Positions 34,501 to 46,968 of a stretch of 64,000 nucleotides of DNA are shown piece after piece. The DNA is from Azolla caroliniana (taxonomy: Eukaryota; Plantae; Polypodiophyta), in assembly GCA_043228905.1 (NCBI GenBank), contig JBHGNT010000004.1, forward strand, positions 7,192,001-7,256,000. The letters run 5' to 3'. The notes under the pieces were generated by a model. The model did no database searches, had not been told where the DNA came from, and saw only the letters and a list, made by a program, of their open reading frames with translations. Within the stretch, counting starts at the first letter, position 1; the number at the start of each line of letters is the position of its first letter. A program made the position numbers and the translations under genes.

Positions 34501-35548
34501 CGTCTCCTATGCCGATAATTCGGCATGTACCTTCATTCCCCATCCGGACACAGCCGTGGTCACCGACTGAGTAGGATGAGAAACATTTCCGGTCCGGGGT
34601 AAGGTGGAATGACGCTCCGGAGTCTACCACCCAGGTCATCTCGTCGCCAGCAAGGTTTATCTCACTCTCCTCGGTGATGAGCATCAACTCTTCTTCACTT
34701 GCCGCGATTGCCGTCGTTCCCTTCCGGTCCGGCCCCCTCCAGCCTTTACCGTTCCAGTCCGGGGTTTGCTTCGAATCGGTACCGTCGGTTTCCTTGTCTT
34801 TACGGAAATACCGACAGTTCTTTTGGAAGTGTCCCAACTTGCCGCAATAGAAGCAAGTAGGCCTCCCCCTTGACTTTGACCGTGTCCCCGACTTCTCCTG
34901 GTTCTGGGGACTACAGTTTCTATGTCTTCCACGTTCCGATTCGGTAAGAAGCGCTTTGGATTTGGAGCTCGTATCTTTGTCTTTCCAACGCGCCTCCTCA
35001 TCTAGCAAGCTCGACTTTACTCTTGCTAGGGATAATCGTTTTCCTTCCGGCCCGGCGTTGCCCAAAGTGACAACCAACGTCTCCCAGCTATCCGGGAGGG
35101 AACCGAGCAGGAGTAGCGCAAGTACCTCATCCGCGAGAGGTACTTCCAATGAAGTTGCCTGGTGTATCAGCCCCTGGAAGGCATTCATGTGCTCCGCCAT
35201 GCTGGAGCCATCTTGGTACCGGAGTCTTACTAGCTTCCGGAATACCGACACCTGATTGACAACATTTTTGTTTTGAAACATTATGCCAATCTTCTCCCAG
35301 AGCTCATGAGCCTTGCTCTCTTCATTGAAGTTGTTGTACAGGCTCATGTCGATGAAGCACCGTATGTACGCCGTTGTCTTCATGTGCATCACCTCCCATA
35401 TCGCGGCGTCGATTTTGTCCGGTCTCTTGTCCCCGAACTGAACCGGCAGCTAGAGGTCTTTCACAACGAGCATGTCCCTCATCTTCGACTTCCATACTGA
35501 ATAGTTGGAGCCGGTGAGCTTGAACATGCCGCCAAATGATTCGTCCAT
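31502..35548 (-). pseudogene. Gag-pol polyprotein of element C (1349 codons, four point stops, no frameshift)
   Basis: All track ORFs from 35392 to 31502 are in one frame, with CFYCGKLGHFQKNC, WVVDSGASFH, HTDVC, YVDD, FTDSD and SRTKHI. Confidence 0.95.
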
Positions 35549-37251
35549 TTTCTGTGTCGATTTCGCTCTGATACCACTTGACGGGAACTTGTCATTCCTT
35601 ATGTCCAACGCTCGGCCACAACCGAGATTCTTTTCATACACAGAAAATGGGAAATAGAACACGACACACAGAGGAGAAATGGTACACACACACTACACAG
35701 GAGGTTAACGTGGAAAATCCCAAACTGGAGGAAAAACCATGGCAGCCCACAGGCTGCAAACTGTCACTATGTATGAATGTACAAAACAGTGAGTTCTCGG
35801 AGGCAACGACCTCGGACTCATGCTCTTCGCCACAGGCGGCGGTTACAACAGAGGCAACGACCTCGTCTCTCTCTCTCTCTCTCTGTACAGTTACGCACTC
35901 ACTCTTCTTCTTGCACCAACAAGGAAGAATGACAACAACAACTAAAAGTTTGCCCTAAGTCATATTTATACTAATATGACTTTTCGGCTATTTACAAGTA
36001 TAGCCTCGATGGGCTCTCAGAAACATATTTACGAATATGTCTCTTCCTCCGGTTCATACCAGGCCTCCACCATCCGGCTCTCCGTAGCCGGGTACTCCTC
36101 ATCCGGTTCATACCGGGCCTGCACCATCCGGCTCTCCATAGCCGGGTACTCCTCATCCGGTTCATACCGGGCCTGCACCATCCGGCTCTCCCTAGCCGGG
36201 TACTCCTCATCCGGTTCATACCGGGCCTGCACCATCCCGCTCTCCGTAGCCGGGTACACCTCATCCGGTTCATACCGGGTCTGTACCATCTGGCTCTCCG
36301 TAGCCGGGTCCTCCTCATACGGTTTCGGCCTCGGCCGAGTTTGTTCATCGACACTGTTCTTCTTCCTTCCCATCCGGAGGGACCTGTTTCCCAACAGAGA
36401 TAATCTAGATGAAGGACTTCATCAGAGAGCTAGGAATCCAATAGGAGGAATACCGGCTCTACTACAACAGTCAAAGTGCCATCCACCTTGCAAAGAACGC
36501 GGCCTACCATTCCTGGCTGAAACATATCCAGTGGAGGTACCACTGGATCCGGGTGAGAGTAGAAGATCAAGAGTTCATGTTGACGAAGATCCACACGGAG
36601 GAGAATGGGTCGGACATGCTGACCAAGGTCCTGACCAGCGACAAGTTGGACGCGTGGCGAAAGTGGATCGGGCTGACGAGACATCCCACGCCAGAGTGAA
36701 GGAGGAGATTGTTGGGAAATCGGTCCCTCTGGATGGGATCCGGTGATGAATGAAAAGGACCCGGTGAGAACCGGAAGAGAGCCGGTAAGAACCGGAAGCG
36801 AAGACATATCTCTAAATATGTTTTGAGTAAGCCTATTGAGGCTATATTTGTAAATAGCCCTAAGTTCATATAAGTATAAATATGACTTAGTGCAATCACT
36901 TTGTAAGGTTGTTGTCATTGTCATATTGTAGTATAGAGAGAGCGACAGAGAGAGAGAGAGAGATATAGAGCGATACTCTGTTGTAACCGCCGGTTGGCAA
37001 AGATACAGAGCTCGAGGTCGTTGCCTCTGAGGCTCTGATTGTACCTTTCTCCTATAGTGATAATTGGAGCCCGTGGGTTCCCATGGTTTTTCCCATTTAG
37101 GGTTTTCCACGTAAACATCATGTGTATTTCCTTTGTGTACTCTCTTTTGTGTGTACGTCTATTCCCATTACTGTGTTTCATTCTCAGAGAAGTGTTCAAG
37201 ACTTGGTTGTGGCCGAGCAATATTCCGCATTATTCTCTTGACTCACTAGCT

Positions 37252-37494
37252 TGTGAAGAATAGCACGGTATATTGCTCGGCCACTACCGAGTCTTAAATC
37301 ATAGAAATGGGTAGTAGAGAGTACACTGAATATTTACGTGGAAAACCCTAATAGGGAAAAACCACAGGAACCCATGGACTCCAACTATCACTATATGAGA
37401 GGAAATACAAAGTGGAGACACAGAGGCAATGACCTCGTGCTCGCGATCTTTGCCAGACGGCGGTTACAATAAAAAGTGCTCGTAGCTACTATCT

Positions 37495-37567
<73 letters not shown>

Positions 37568-37862
37568 CAACAGTTATCTCTACAACAATATGAGAACCCT
37601 CTCTACTCATATAAAGTGATTGCCCTAAGTCATATTTATACTGATATGAACTTAGGACTCTTTACAAATATAGTCTCAATAGGCATACTGAAAAGACATA
37701 CTTACAAATATGTCTTCTCTTCTGGTTCTCACCGGGTCTCCTCTGGTTTCTGGATCTCTTCTAGTTCTCACCAGGTCCATCTGATCCGGTTTCCAGATCT
37801 CTTTTGGTTCTCACCGGGTCGTCTTCATTCATAACCTAATCCCATCCGGAGGGACCGATTTC
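37252..37862 (-). repeat. Solo or truncated Tork-like LTR (type X) with a long (CT)n tract
   Basis: Reverse-complement homologue of 14028-14449 plus 19532-19623; the terminal TGTTGG end is missing. Confidence 0.8.
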
Positions 37863-38820
37863 GAGCGGAAGCCGAATTTGACACACATTCGGATATTCAG
37901 TAGCATAACATATGTGCATGTACCGGATGAGAAGTGAAGGAAGTTGGATCCGATGTCAGAGAAGTGCATACTCGTCGGCGACTCACATGAACAAAAGGGT
38001 ATAAGTGTTATAACCCCCAGATTAAACAGGTTCGAGTACGTCGCAATGTCGAGTTTGATGAGTCGGCATCATGGTACTCTCTACCGGCTCCAACTCCTGA
38101 CGAAGACCCGATTTCGAAAGCTGAGGCTACTAAACCTGGAGAGGTTTAGGTAGAAGATGAGGAATTCTGTACTCTAGAAGAGAGTTCAATCTCGTTTCGG
38201 TTGAGCGGGCCAATGATGGACGGAGTCAGAATGACCAATCGGATGAAGAACCGGCGAGTACTGGAGACTCTACTTTGTTCTCCCGCGCAGGGAACCGAGG
38301 AGATGGTTCATGTGCAAAGAGAACGGAAACAAGAAGATGTCGAGATATGACACCGGTAGTGAGGGGTCAAATCGGAGCGGATCAGACTCTAGAAAGGATG
38401 AAGGCAGAACTTTAGAAACGAAGTCTGAACCTTCCAAGAAGGACCTCCAACCGGCTGCCGGAAATTTGTGCCAGTCAACGCACAAACAGATCCCCGTTAA
38501 ACGGTACGGATACAATGAGTACATGGTGCATCAATATGTGTACATGACCAAGCTAGCGGAAGTGCGTGAGCCGGAGAGCTACGCAGAAGCAGCGAAAGAC
38601 GCAAATTGGCGTGTTGCTATGATTCAACAATTTGATTTGAAGCAGTTGAATCAACTAAAGGCCAAGCGGAACTCGATACCAATACGGAGGAACCGATGGG
38701 TTGCCAAGCATCGCAGTCATAGCAACGAAGGAGCTGAGATGGGCCTGCTGAGCAGACAAGCCGACCAAGGAGGTCGAGGAGTGCAAAACCAGATGGGTCG
38801 TGGGAAGTAGAACCAGACGG
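37863..38820 (+). mobile_element. Deleted fragment of a second copia lineage (family G): integrase end, linker, RT start, 3' tail
   Basis: RKLDPMSEKCILVG and GYNEYM..YMTKLAEVREPESYAEAAKDANW. 38621-38820 matches about 46044-46250. Confidence 0.8.
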
Positions 38821-41800
38821 GTCATGGGAAGCCGAGCAAGGAGGTCAAGGAGGTCCGAACCGACTCGGCTACCTCCGTTCGGTTTTCGCTCTCGTCCGAG
38901 TTGGCTGTCTCCAACTCGTCTTCGGTCTTCTCGCCCTCGATGGCATCATCTCCCCCATGCGTGGTTGGCTTCGGCTCTCTCCTTTGGCTGCTCCCCTTCT
39001 GTCCGCTTCCGGACTTTTCTGCGCCCTCGGCTTCTTCAGCCGATCCGAAATCGAATTCGACAACCGACTCGGTGTCACGGACAACCGACTCGGTGTCACG
39101 GACAACCGACTCGGTGTCGCGGTCTCCGCTCCTTTCCTGCTGCCTTGCTTGGTCATTCGGAACTGTTCTCCCCCTCAAGTTTGGCACGTCGAGGTGACGC
39201 AATCCGAGCGCACCTAAGAATTGCCGCAACTTGTCCAGACCAAGAGTCTTGGTGAAGATGTCGGCAATCTGCCGATCCGTCGGCACGTACTGAAGTTCGA
39301 CTTCACTAGAAAGGACATGCTCACGGACGAAATGGTAGTGCACCTCAATGTGCTTGGTCCATGCGTGGAAAACGGGGTTCTTTGCGAGCTGGATGCTGCT
39401 GAGGTTGTCGTAGTAGATCGTCGTCGGATCTGACACCTCCGCTTGCAGGTCCTTAAGTAGCCGCTTCAACCATATGGCTTCGCATGTCGCGATAGCCGCT
39501 CCTCGGTACTCAGCTTTGGGTGCCCGACAGTGCAACTGTCAGCTGCTTCTTACTGCTCCACGCGATCGCGGCACTCCCGAGGGAGAACGCGTATCCGGAC
39601 GTGGATCGGCAATCGGCGGCGTTGCCAGCCCAATCAGCATCGATGTAGCCGACTAACTGCGCGGCTGCATTGGTCTGATATAGCAATCCGCGGTCCTTAG
39701 TGCCACTTACGTACTGCAGTACGCGTTGTGCACACTAAAGGTGCTCCTTGGTAGGTCGCGCCATGAACTGACTGATCACCCCGACTGGATAACTGAGGTC
39801 AGGTCAGGTGATGGTCAAGTATATGAGGTTTCCGAAAATTTGTCGGAACCTCGTCGGGTCGCATACCTCTCCCGCATCGGGACGAAGCTTGATGGTTCTG
39901 TCCAGAGGAGTCGAGACGGACTTACAGTTGGCCATCCCGAGTTTGAAGAGCATACCCACACGTAATGACGTTGGCTGATCAATATGCCTTCGGGGGTACG
40001 GATCACTTCGATCCCGAGGAAGTAATGAAGGTCCCCCAGATCCTTCATGTCAAACGATGCCGCAAGCTGGAGCTTCACGCAGTTGATTTCACCTAGGTCG
40101 GCGCCGGTGATGACCAAGTCATCGACATATAGTAGAATACTAACCGGTCGGAGTCGACCTTTCCGGATGAACAGGGAAGAGTCCGATTTTGACGTGACGA
40201 AGCCCATCCGACGTAGTTGTTGCGTGATCTTCGCGTTCCAGGCACGCGGGGCTTGCTTCAGTTCGTAAACGGACTTCTTCAGTCGGCATACTGCTGAGGA
40301 GTTCGTTCCGGAGTGAAATCCGGGGGGTTGTACCATGTACACTTGTTCCTCAAGGTCACCTTGCAGGAACACATTCTTTACATCCATTTGATGTAGGTGC
40401 CACCCCTTGGCCGCGGCTACTACGAGTAAAACACGGATGGTCGTCATTTTCGCGACCGGCGCAAATGTCTCATCGTAGTCGATGTCGTGTTTCTGCGTGT
40501 AGCCCTTTGCCACTAGCCGAGCCTTGTACCGGTTGACCGAGCCATCGGCGTTGTACTTGACTTTGTACACCCACCTACACCCGATCGGTTTTACCCCTCT
40601 TGGTGCGTCAACCAGGTCCCAGGTCTCGTTCTCCGCCAATGCGTGCATCTCTTCCTCCATCGCGGCACGCCAATTCGCGTCTTTAGCCGCTTCTGCGTAG
40701 CTCTCCGGCTCACGCACTTCCGCTACACGGGTCATGTACGCATAATGATGCGCCATGTACTCATTGTATCCGAACCGCAAAACAGGATTCTTCTGGTGGG
40801 TAGATCGGCGTAATCTCGCATTAGCCGATGTCGAGGCCTTCTCGATCGACGCGGACTTCACTTTTAAAGACCCATCACCGGTTCCCTCGGAGTCGGACTC
40901 GCGTCGGTCTAACTCGTTCCTATCCGTGCCGGAATCCGACACCTTCTTCTTCCCTTTCTCTTTGCGTGTAAGCCGTCTCCTTAGCTTCATGCGCGGGGAA
41001 TGCACGGCCGAGTCTCCACTACTCGCCGGCTCTTTATCGGACTAGTCGTACCGACTCAGACGTCCAATCGGTCCACTTAACCGGAGTGAAATCGGACTCT
41101 CTTCGTGGGTCTCGATTTCGGGCTCATTCGGAGGCATCTCGGCCTCGCTGACCTCATTCTCAGAACTCGGATTGGAATCGGGGTTCGTAGTCGGGGGCAG
41201 GTACCAGGACGCGGACTCGTCAAACACAACGTCGCGGCTGACACGCGCTTGTTTGATGTGAGGGTTATATCACTTATAACCCTTCTGCTCGTCCGAGTAA
41301 CCGACCAAGATGCATTTCTCGGCCTTTGCGTCCAGCTTCCTCCTTTTCTCCTTCGGTATATGCACATACGCAATGCTACCGAACACCCTCAAGTGTCACA
41401 AGTTCGGCTTCGTTCCAAAATATAGCTCGTGCGCCGACACTTTGTCTCCGATCCGGTTCTAGATGTATACCGCGGTCCTTACCGCCTTGGCCCAGTAGAA
41501 CTTGGGCAAGCTCTTCTCCTCCAGCATTGCCCGTCCCGCTTCCACAACTGACCGATTCTTCCTCTCAGCCACGCCGTTCTACTCCGGCGTGTATCTACAA
41601 CTGAATTCGCGCTGAATTCCCATTTGTTGTAGATAACTGTTGAATTGACCAGAGAAGTACTCTTTCCCGCCATCCGACCGCAGGCACTTGATCTTTCGTC
41701 CCGTTTCCGTTTCCACGAACCCTTTGAGGTTCTGAAAACAGTCGAAGACTTCGCTCTTCCTCTCAATGAGGTAGATCCATGTGTGCTGCGTGTGGTCATC

Positions 41801-43882
41801 GATGAAGGAGACGAAATATCGGCTCCCGCCAAGACTAACGTTTTGTGTCGGCCCCCATACATCAGAGTGTATAAGGTCGAGCTTGTTCCGGCTCCGGTTT
41901 TGCTCGTTGGGGAAAGGAAGTCGGTGTTGCTTCCCGAGCTGGCAGGCTTCACAAATTTGTGCCTTTCGGCCACTAAATTTGGGCAATCCGAACACTACCT
42001 GTTTCGATTGCAGATCTTGAAGCCATTGGTGGTTGACGTGGCCTATCCGCTTGTGCCACAAGTCGATGTCCGACTCGGATTTTTGTCCCTTCGCGAACAT
42101 TGCGGTGCCGCCGTCAGTGGAGTCGAGGATGAACATCCTCCCGTCTCTGCGCCCTTGTGCAATCACATGGCCTTCTTCCTCAATGAAGCACCCGAGGTGT
42201 GTAAACCGAACCTCCATCCCTTGGTCGACGATCTGTCCGACCGAGACCAAGTTTTTCGTGATTGTCGGAACGTGCAACACGTTCATGAGTTTCCCTTTCT
42301 GCCCGACATGGCTAAGGGGAACTTCTCCGACATTCGCGATCGGATACGGAGTGTCGTCTCCTGTTGCGACTACTCCAGGTTGTATCGGTTTTTCAAGGTA
42401 CGAGAACCACTCCTTATGGCTCTTCATGTGGTTTGATGCGCCGGAGTCTACGTACCACACCTCGTCCGATCTTGGGGTGCTCTGTTTCATTGAGTTTGCT
42501 TCGTGTCTCGTCACGAAGGCAGACCCTTCTCCAGCTCTCCCAGAGTCTTCGGCGTAGTGCGATCGCTGCCGATTTCCCTTGTCGGTATGTCTGGAGCCGT
42601 TTCCAGAACCAGTTCTCTCCGAATCGGCACGCTTCTTCCAGCACTCACTTTCCCTGTGACCTTTCTTGCCACAGTATCAGCACTCCGTGATGGCCTTCCC
42701 TTGCCGGTTCTCATTGCTTCGACTCCCCCTGTTTCCGGAGGGTCCGGAGTTGCTGTCGGCATCAGTTTGGTACCTTCTTCCTTGATCTCGTCGGCCTCCT
42801 CCATTGCGCGCCGACTCGCCTCGTCCTCCACGTCCACGGGGCCTATCTCCCTCCGTGTACAACATTCTGCTATCGGTGTGCATGCTTGTAGACGTACCCG
42901 TGTGGTTCTCCTCTACCAGGAGCATTGACTGTAAGTCAAAAAAGGACGACGTATTCTCCCGGGTACACACAGCCGTTTGGAACGCTCCGAACTTCGACGC
43001 CAAACCTCCGAGACAGATCTGGACCATCTCGCTCTCCTCGATGTTCACCTCTATGGAGGCGAGGGAGTCGCAGATATCCTTGATCTTCGAGGTATAGTCC
43101 GCCACCGACAAGTCGCGTTGTCGTAGGTTGCTCAACTCCTATCGGAGCTGAAGCTTCCTGGCTGTGGTGCTCGCGGCGAAAATCTTCTTCAGATTTTTGG
43201 ACACACCCTTCGGCGTCTTTGCATCCTGAACATAGCTCAATAGTTGTTCGCCCACACACGATGCGAAGCAGTATAATACCCTGCTCGCCGATTGCTCCCA
43301 TGACGGGAAGTCTCAGTGTGTCGATTCGGGTGCCGCGTCATTAGCTACTTCAAGATAACTCCAGTAGTCGTGCCCGAGCAGGTACTGGTGCATCTTGTAG
43401 GACCAAGACGCGTAGTTGGTTCTGTCGAGCTTCTCTGTTGGAAGCGAGCTCGCCATGCCTCTATCCATCGTTCTTCTTCGTCAAGTTGTGTCGGCTGCAG
43501 AGAGTTTCTCAACCCTCGCGCTCTGATACCATGTAAAAAGTAGCGTGCGGAAGCAAGTATAAAGACAGAACAGAAGGGAGAACACTCAGGTTTAATGGAG
43601 AGCTTGAGCTTACACAGTATATGCGGGAGAGACCGAGAGAGTTAGAGAGAAGACACCAAAAGGAGAATATATTCAAGAAAGACAAAAAAACAATACATAT
43701 ATGTGTTCAATGAACACTTTGTACAAGTCCTAGAAGGACTGACCGAAGTAGTGACAGTACTTCAATGCTCATTAAGAGCTCCTACACTAACTCCCAAATA
43801 TATTCCTCACGGAATATCTTTCCTAACGTCCTAACCGATCAGTCCCAACCGATCCGGCTGATGTTGAGCTTGTCTCTCAACA
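38821..43882 (-). mobile_element. Copia element H (G-related), nearly full length, 3' LTR absent
   Basis: 5' LTR 43532-43882 (TGTTG...TTACA), PBS TGGTATCAGAGC 43520-43531 abutting the LTR, gag start 43468 (EKLDRTNYASW), WYVDSGASNHM, LWHKRIGH, HSDVWGP, LLYVDD and TKHIEVHYHF. Confidence 0.92.
39059..39121. repeat. 21-bp tandem repeat x3 in the post-RNase H extension (DTESVVR)
   Basis: GACAACCGACTCGGTGTCACG repeated three times, the last with one mismatch. Confidence 0.9.
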
Positions 43883-46525
43883 GGCGCCCATTCAAATAAA
43901 TCCGGATCCGGTAAGGCTGGACAAGGGAACTGACAAAGCTTGCACTACACTAAAGGATTAGAAGGATCCAGGACTGGAAGACCGGGAAGGTCCAACATTT
44001 ATGATGAAGCACAAGGCGAAGTCGATGAAGAAGACCACTTCCGGATATGAGGAAGTGTGGTACGTTGACTCCAGAGCGTCTAAGCACATGACGAGCCATG
44101 AAGAGCGGTTCTCGTTTCTGGAAAAGTGAGAGCAACCGGATACAATGAGTACATGGCGCATCACTATGTGTACATGACCAAGGTGGCAGAAATGCGTGAG
44201 CTGGAGAACTACGCAGAATCAACGAAAGACGCAAATTGGCGTGTTGCTATGGAGGAAGAAATGCAGGCACTCGATGCCAACGACACATGGGACCTACTTG
44301 ACCCTCCCCGTCATTGTAAACTGATAGATTGTAAGTGGGTATATAAGGTAAAGTACAATGACGACAGTTCGGTCAACCAGTACAAGGCCTGGTTATTGGC
44401 GAAGGGATATGCACGGACCCACAGAATCGACTACGATGAGACCTTCGCTTTGGTAACGAAGATGACGATGGCTCATGTGGTAATGGTTGTTGTTGCGGCA
44501 AGGGGATGGCATCGTCACCAAATGGACATGAAGAATGTGTTTCTTCAAGGTGACTTGAAGAACTGGTCTATATGATCCAACCCCCAGTTTTCAATCGGAG
44601 CTAAACAGGTCGGCGGTGTGCCGACTCAAAAAGTCACATTATGGTCTGAAGCAAACCCCCCGAGCTTGGAATGCGAAAACACACCGGTTGCGTAAGATGG
44701 GGTTTGTGGCCTCAAAATCCAAATCTTCACTGTTCTTCCGGAAAGGTCTAGACGGTCTGGTTTGTATCCTACTATATGTAGATGATCTAGTCATCACCGA
44801 ACCCGAACTCGATGAAATCGGCCGAGTGAAGTCCCAGTTGTCGGACCTTCATTATTTTCTTGGCATCTAGGTGATCCAGACCCCTGACGGCATATTGCTG
44901 TCACAACGCCATTATGTGTTGAATATGTTGTACAAGTTTGGCATGACAGAATGTCGACCGATTTCCACACCCCATGACTAGAACCTGAAGCTACGTCCCA
45001 ACTCCAAACCGGCCTGCAATGAGAAACAGTTCCGACACATTGTTGGAACACTTATCTACTTCACAATCACCTGACGCAACATCAATTATTCGGTCGAAGT
45101 GATCATCCATTTTATGAGAAGCCGACCATGGAGCAGCTTCAGTGCGTGCATCAACTATTGCGATATGTGAGCGGCAGGAAGGACCAAGGACTGTTATACC
45201 GACACGGTATAGCTGGGAAGCTAGTCCGATATACGGATGCCAACTGGGCCGGTAATACATCGGATCGTGGATCCCCCTCCGGTTATATGTTCTCTCTTGG
45301 TAGCGTGGTTGTTGCATGGATCAACAAAAAGCAGCCAACAGTAGCTCTGTCGAGCACTAAGGCTGAATACTGGGGTGCTACCATTGCCAATTTTGAAGCC
45401 ATCTGGCTTTGTCCATACTGCGAGACCTCTGGATGGAGGTGCCGACCCCGATCTTAATCTACTATGACAACGTAAGCAGCATACAGCTCACCAAGAACCT
45501 TGTATTCCATGCTCAGTCAAAGCACATACAAGTGCATTATCACTTTGTCGGCGAGCTAGTCCTGAACGGTGAAGATGAACTTCGGTATGTTCAAAGTTCA
45601 AATGGATCGGAAGGTTACCAACATATTCACCAAGCCGCTTGGATCGGACAAGTTGCAACACTTTTTGGAGATTCTCGGCATTCAACATCTTGACGTGCCG
45701 CACTTGAGGGGGGGAATGGAAACCGAAATGGGTAATGGCACCGGTCAAGGAGCCGGAGAGAAAGAGGAACGAACCAAGACAAGGGGAGATAAGAAGAAAA
45801 AGAAATCCGAGTCAACCGGAAAAGTTGGCACATCCGAACTAGTCGGACCAAGTGGCAACAACGGCAGACTCAAGAAGGACAGAGCCAACCGGAAGAAGGC
45901 CAAGACCCGGACGTGGTCCGATGTGGTCAAGGGCCTAAAAACAGAAGACGTGTTGGAGACTACCAACTCGGACAACAGCCAGAACGAATCGGCGGTAACC
46001 GATTCGGACAAGAGTTCGAATGAATCAGACGAAGCCTATTCGGTTCAACAATTTGATTCGGAGGAGCTGGATCAACTAAAGGCCAAGCAGACGAGAAGGC
46101 AATGAAAGTCGACACCAATATGGAGGAACCGATGGGTCACCAAGCGTCAGAGTCATAGCAACGAAGGAGTTGAGATGGGCTTGCTGAGCAGACAAGCCGA
46201 CCAAGGAGGTCGAGGAGCACAGAACCAGACAGGTCGCGGGAAGAGGAATCAGACCGGACGAGGAGCGCGAGTGAGGCAAGCCATATTTTTGGAAGTCAGT
46301 GTCAGTCACTCGTATGAGCATTGAATTACCTATCAGTACTTCTGTCAGTCCTTTATGGACTTGTATAAAAGTGCTCTCTGAGCACATTCTATGTACAGAG
46401 GATTATTATTTTTTAATTAAGTTTATGTTCTGTTCTCTCTGTCTCTCCCGTGTATTCTCTGTGTAAGGTCTCCATTAAACCTTCTTCTCTACGTTTTGTT
46501 GGTATCCGTCTCAGCCAGTTTGTCA
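43883..46525 (+). mobile_element. Degraded family-G copia: protease start fused by deletion to RT-RNase H, tail and probable 3' LTR (about 46270-46525)
   Basis: EVWYVDSRASKHM, KWVYKVKY, LLYVDD, YTDANWAG and SKHIQVHYHF. The 3' end resembles the element H LTR. Confidence 0.85.
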
Positions 46526-46592
46526 TACGCTTCCTATAGAAAAGAATAAAAAGAAAACAAAAGAAAAGAAAGAAGGAAGATGTGGACAGAAG

Positions 46593-46927
46593 TGTTGGGA
46601 GATAGGTCCCTCCGGATGGAAACGGAAGACCCGGTGAGAACCGGATGGCAAGTACCCGGCTACGGAGAGCCGGATGGTGCAGACCCGGTGAGAACCGGAT
46701 GAGGAGTACCCGGAAACGGCAGACCCGGTGAGAACTGGATGGCAAGTACCCGGGAAGCGCTCACCGGATGAAGAGACATATTCATAAATATGTTTCTGAG
46801 AGTCTATCGAGGTTATATTTGTAAATAGCCGAAAAGTTATATTAGTATAAATATGACTTAGGGCAAACTTATTGAGTATAGAGTTGTCATTCTTGTTGGT
46901 GCAAGAAGAGAGAGCGTGTAATAGCGT

Positions 46928-46968
<41 letters not shown>

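Larger units (their letters stand above)
30714..36396 (-). mobile_element. Full-length Tork/Tnt1-like Ty1/copia element C
   Basis: LTRs 35579-36396 (5', 818 bp) and 30714-31491 (3', 778 bp), TSD GAGAT (30709-30713, 36397-36401), tRNA-iMet PBS 35565-35576, PPT about 31494-31508. Confidence 0.97.
19624..37241 (+). mobile_element. Older Tork-like copia element E, split by three nested insertions
   Basis: 5' LTR remnant 19624-19967, PBS TGGTATCAGAGC 19971-19982, gag about 19998-20632, NC/PR/INT 21778-23293, RT about 29562-30713, RNase H 36402-36700, and 3' LTR 36710-37241 matching the 5' remnant. Confidence 0.85.

Noticed and set aside
46628-46775. CCGGATGAG motifs as possible hammerhead ribozyme (retrozyme) cores
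   Set aside because: The core would need CUGANGA plus a GAAA after stem II. Here it is CGGAUGA with no properly placed GAAA. No twister consensus was found either.
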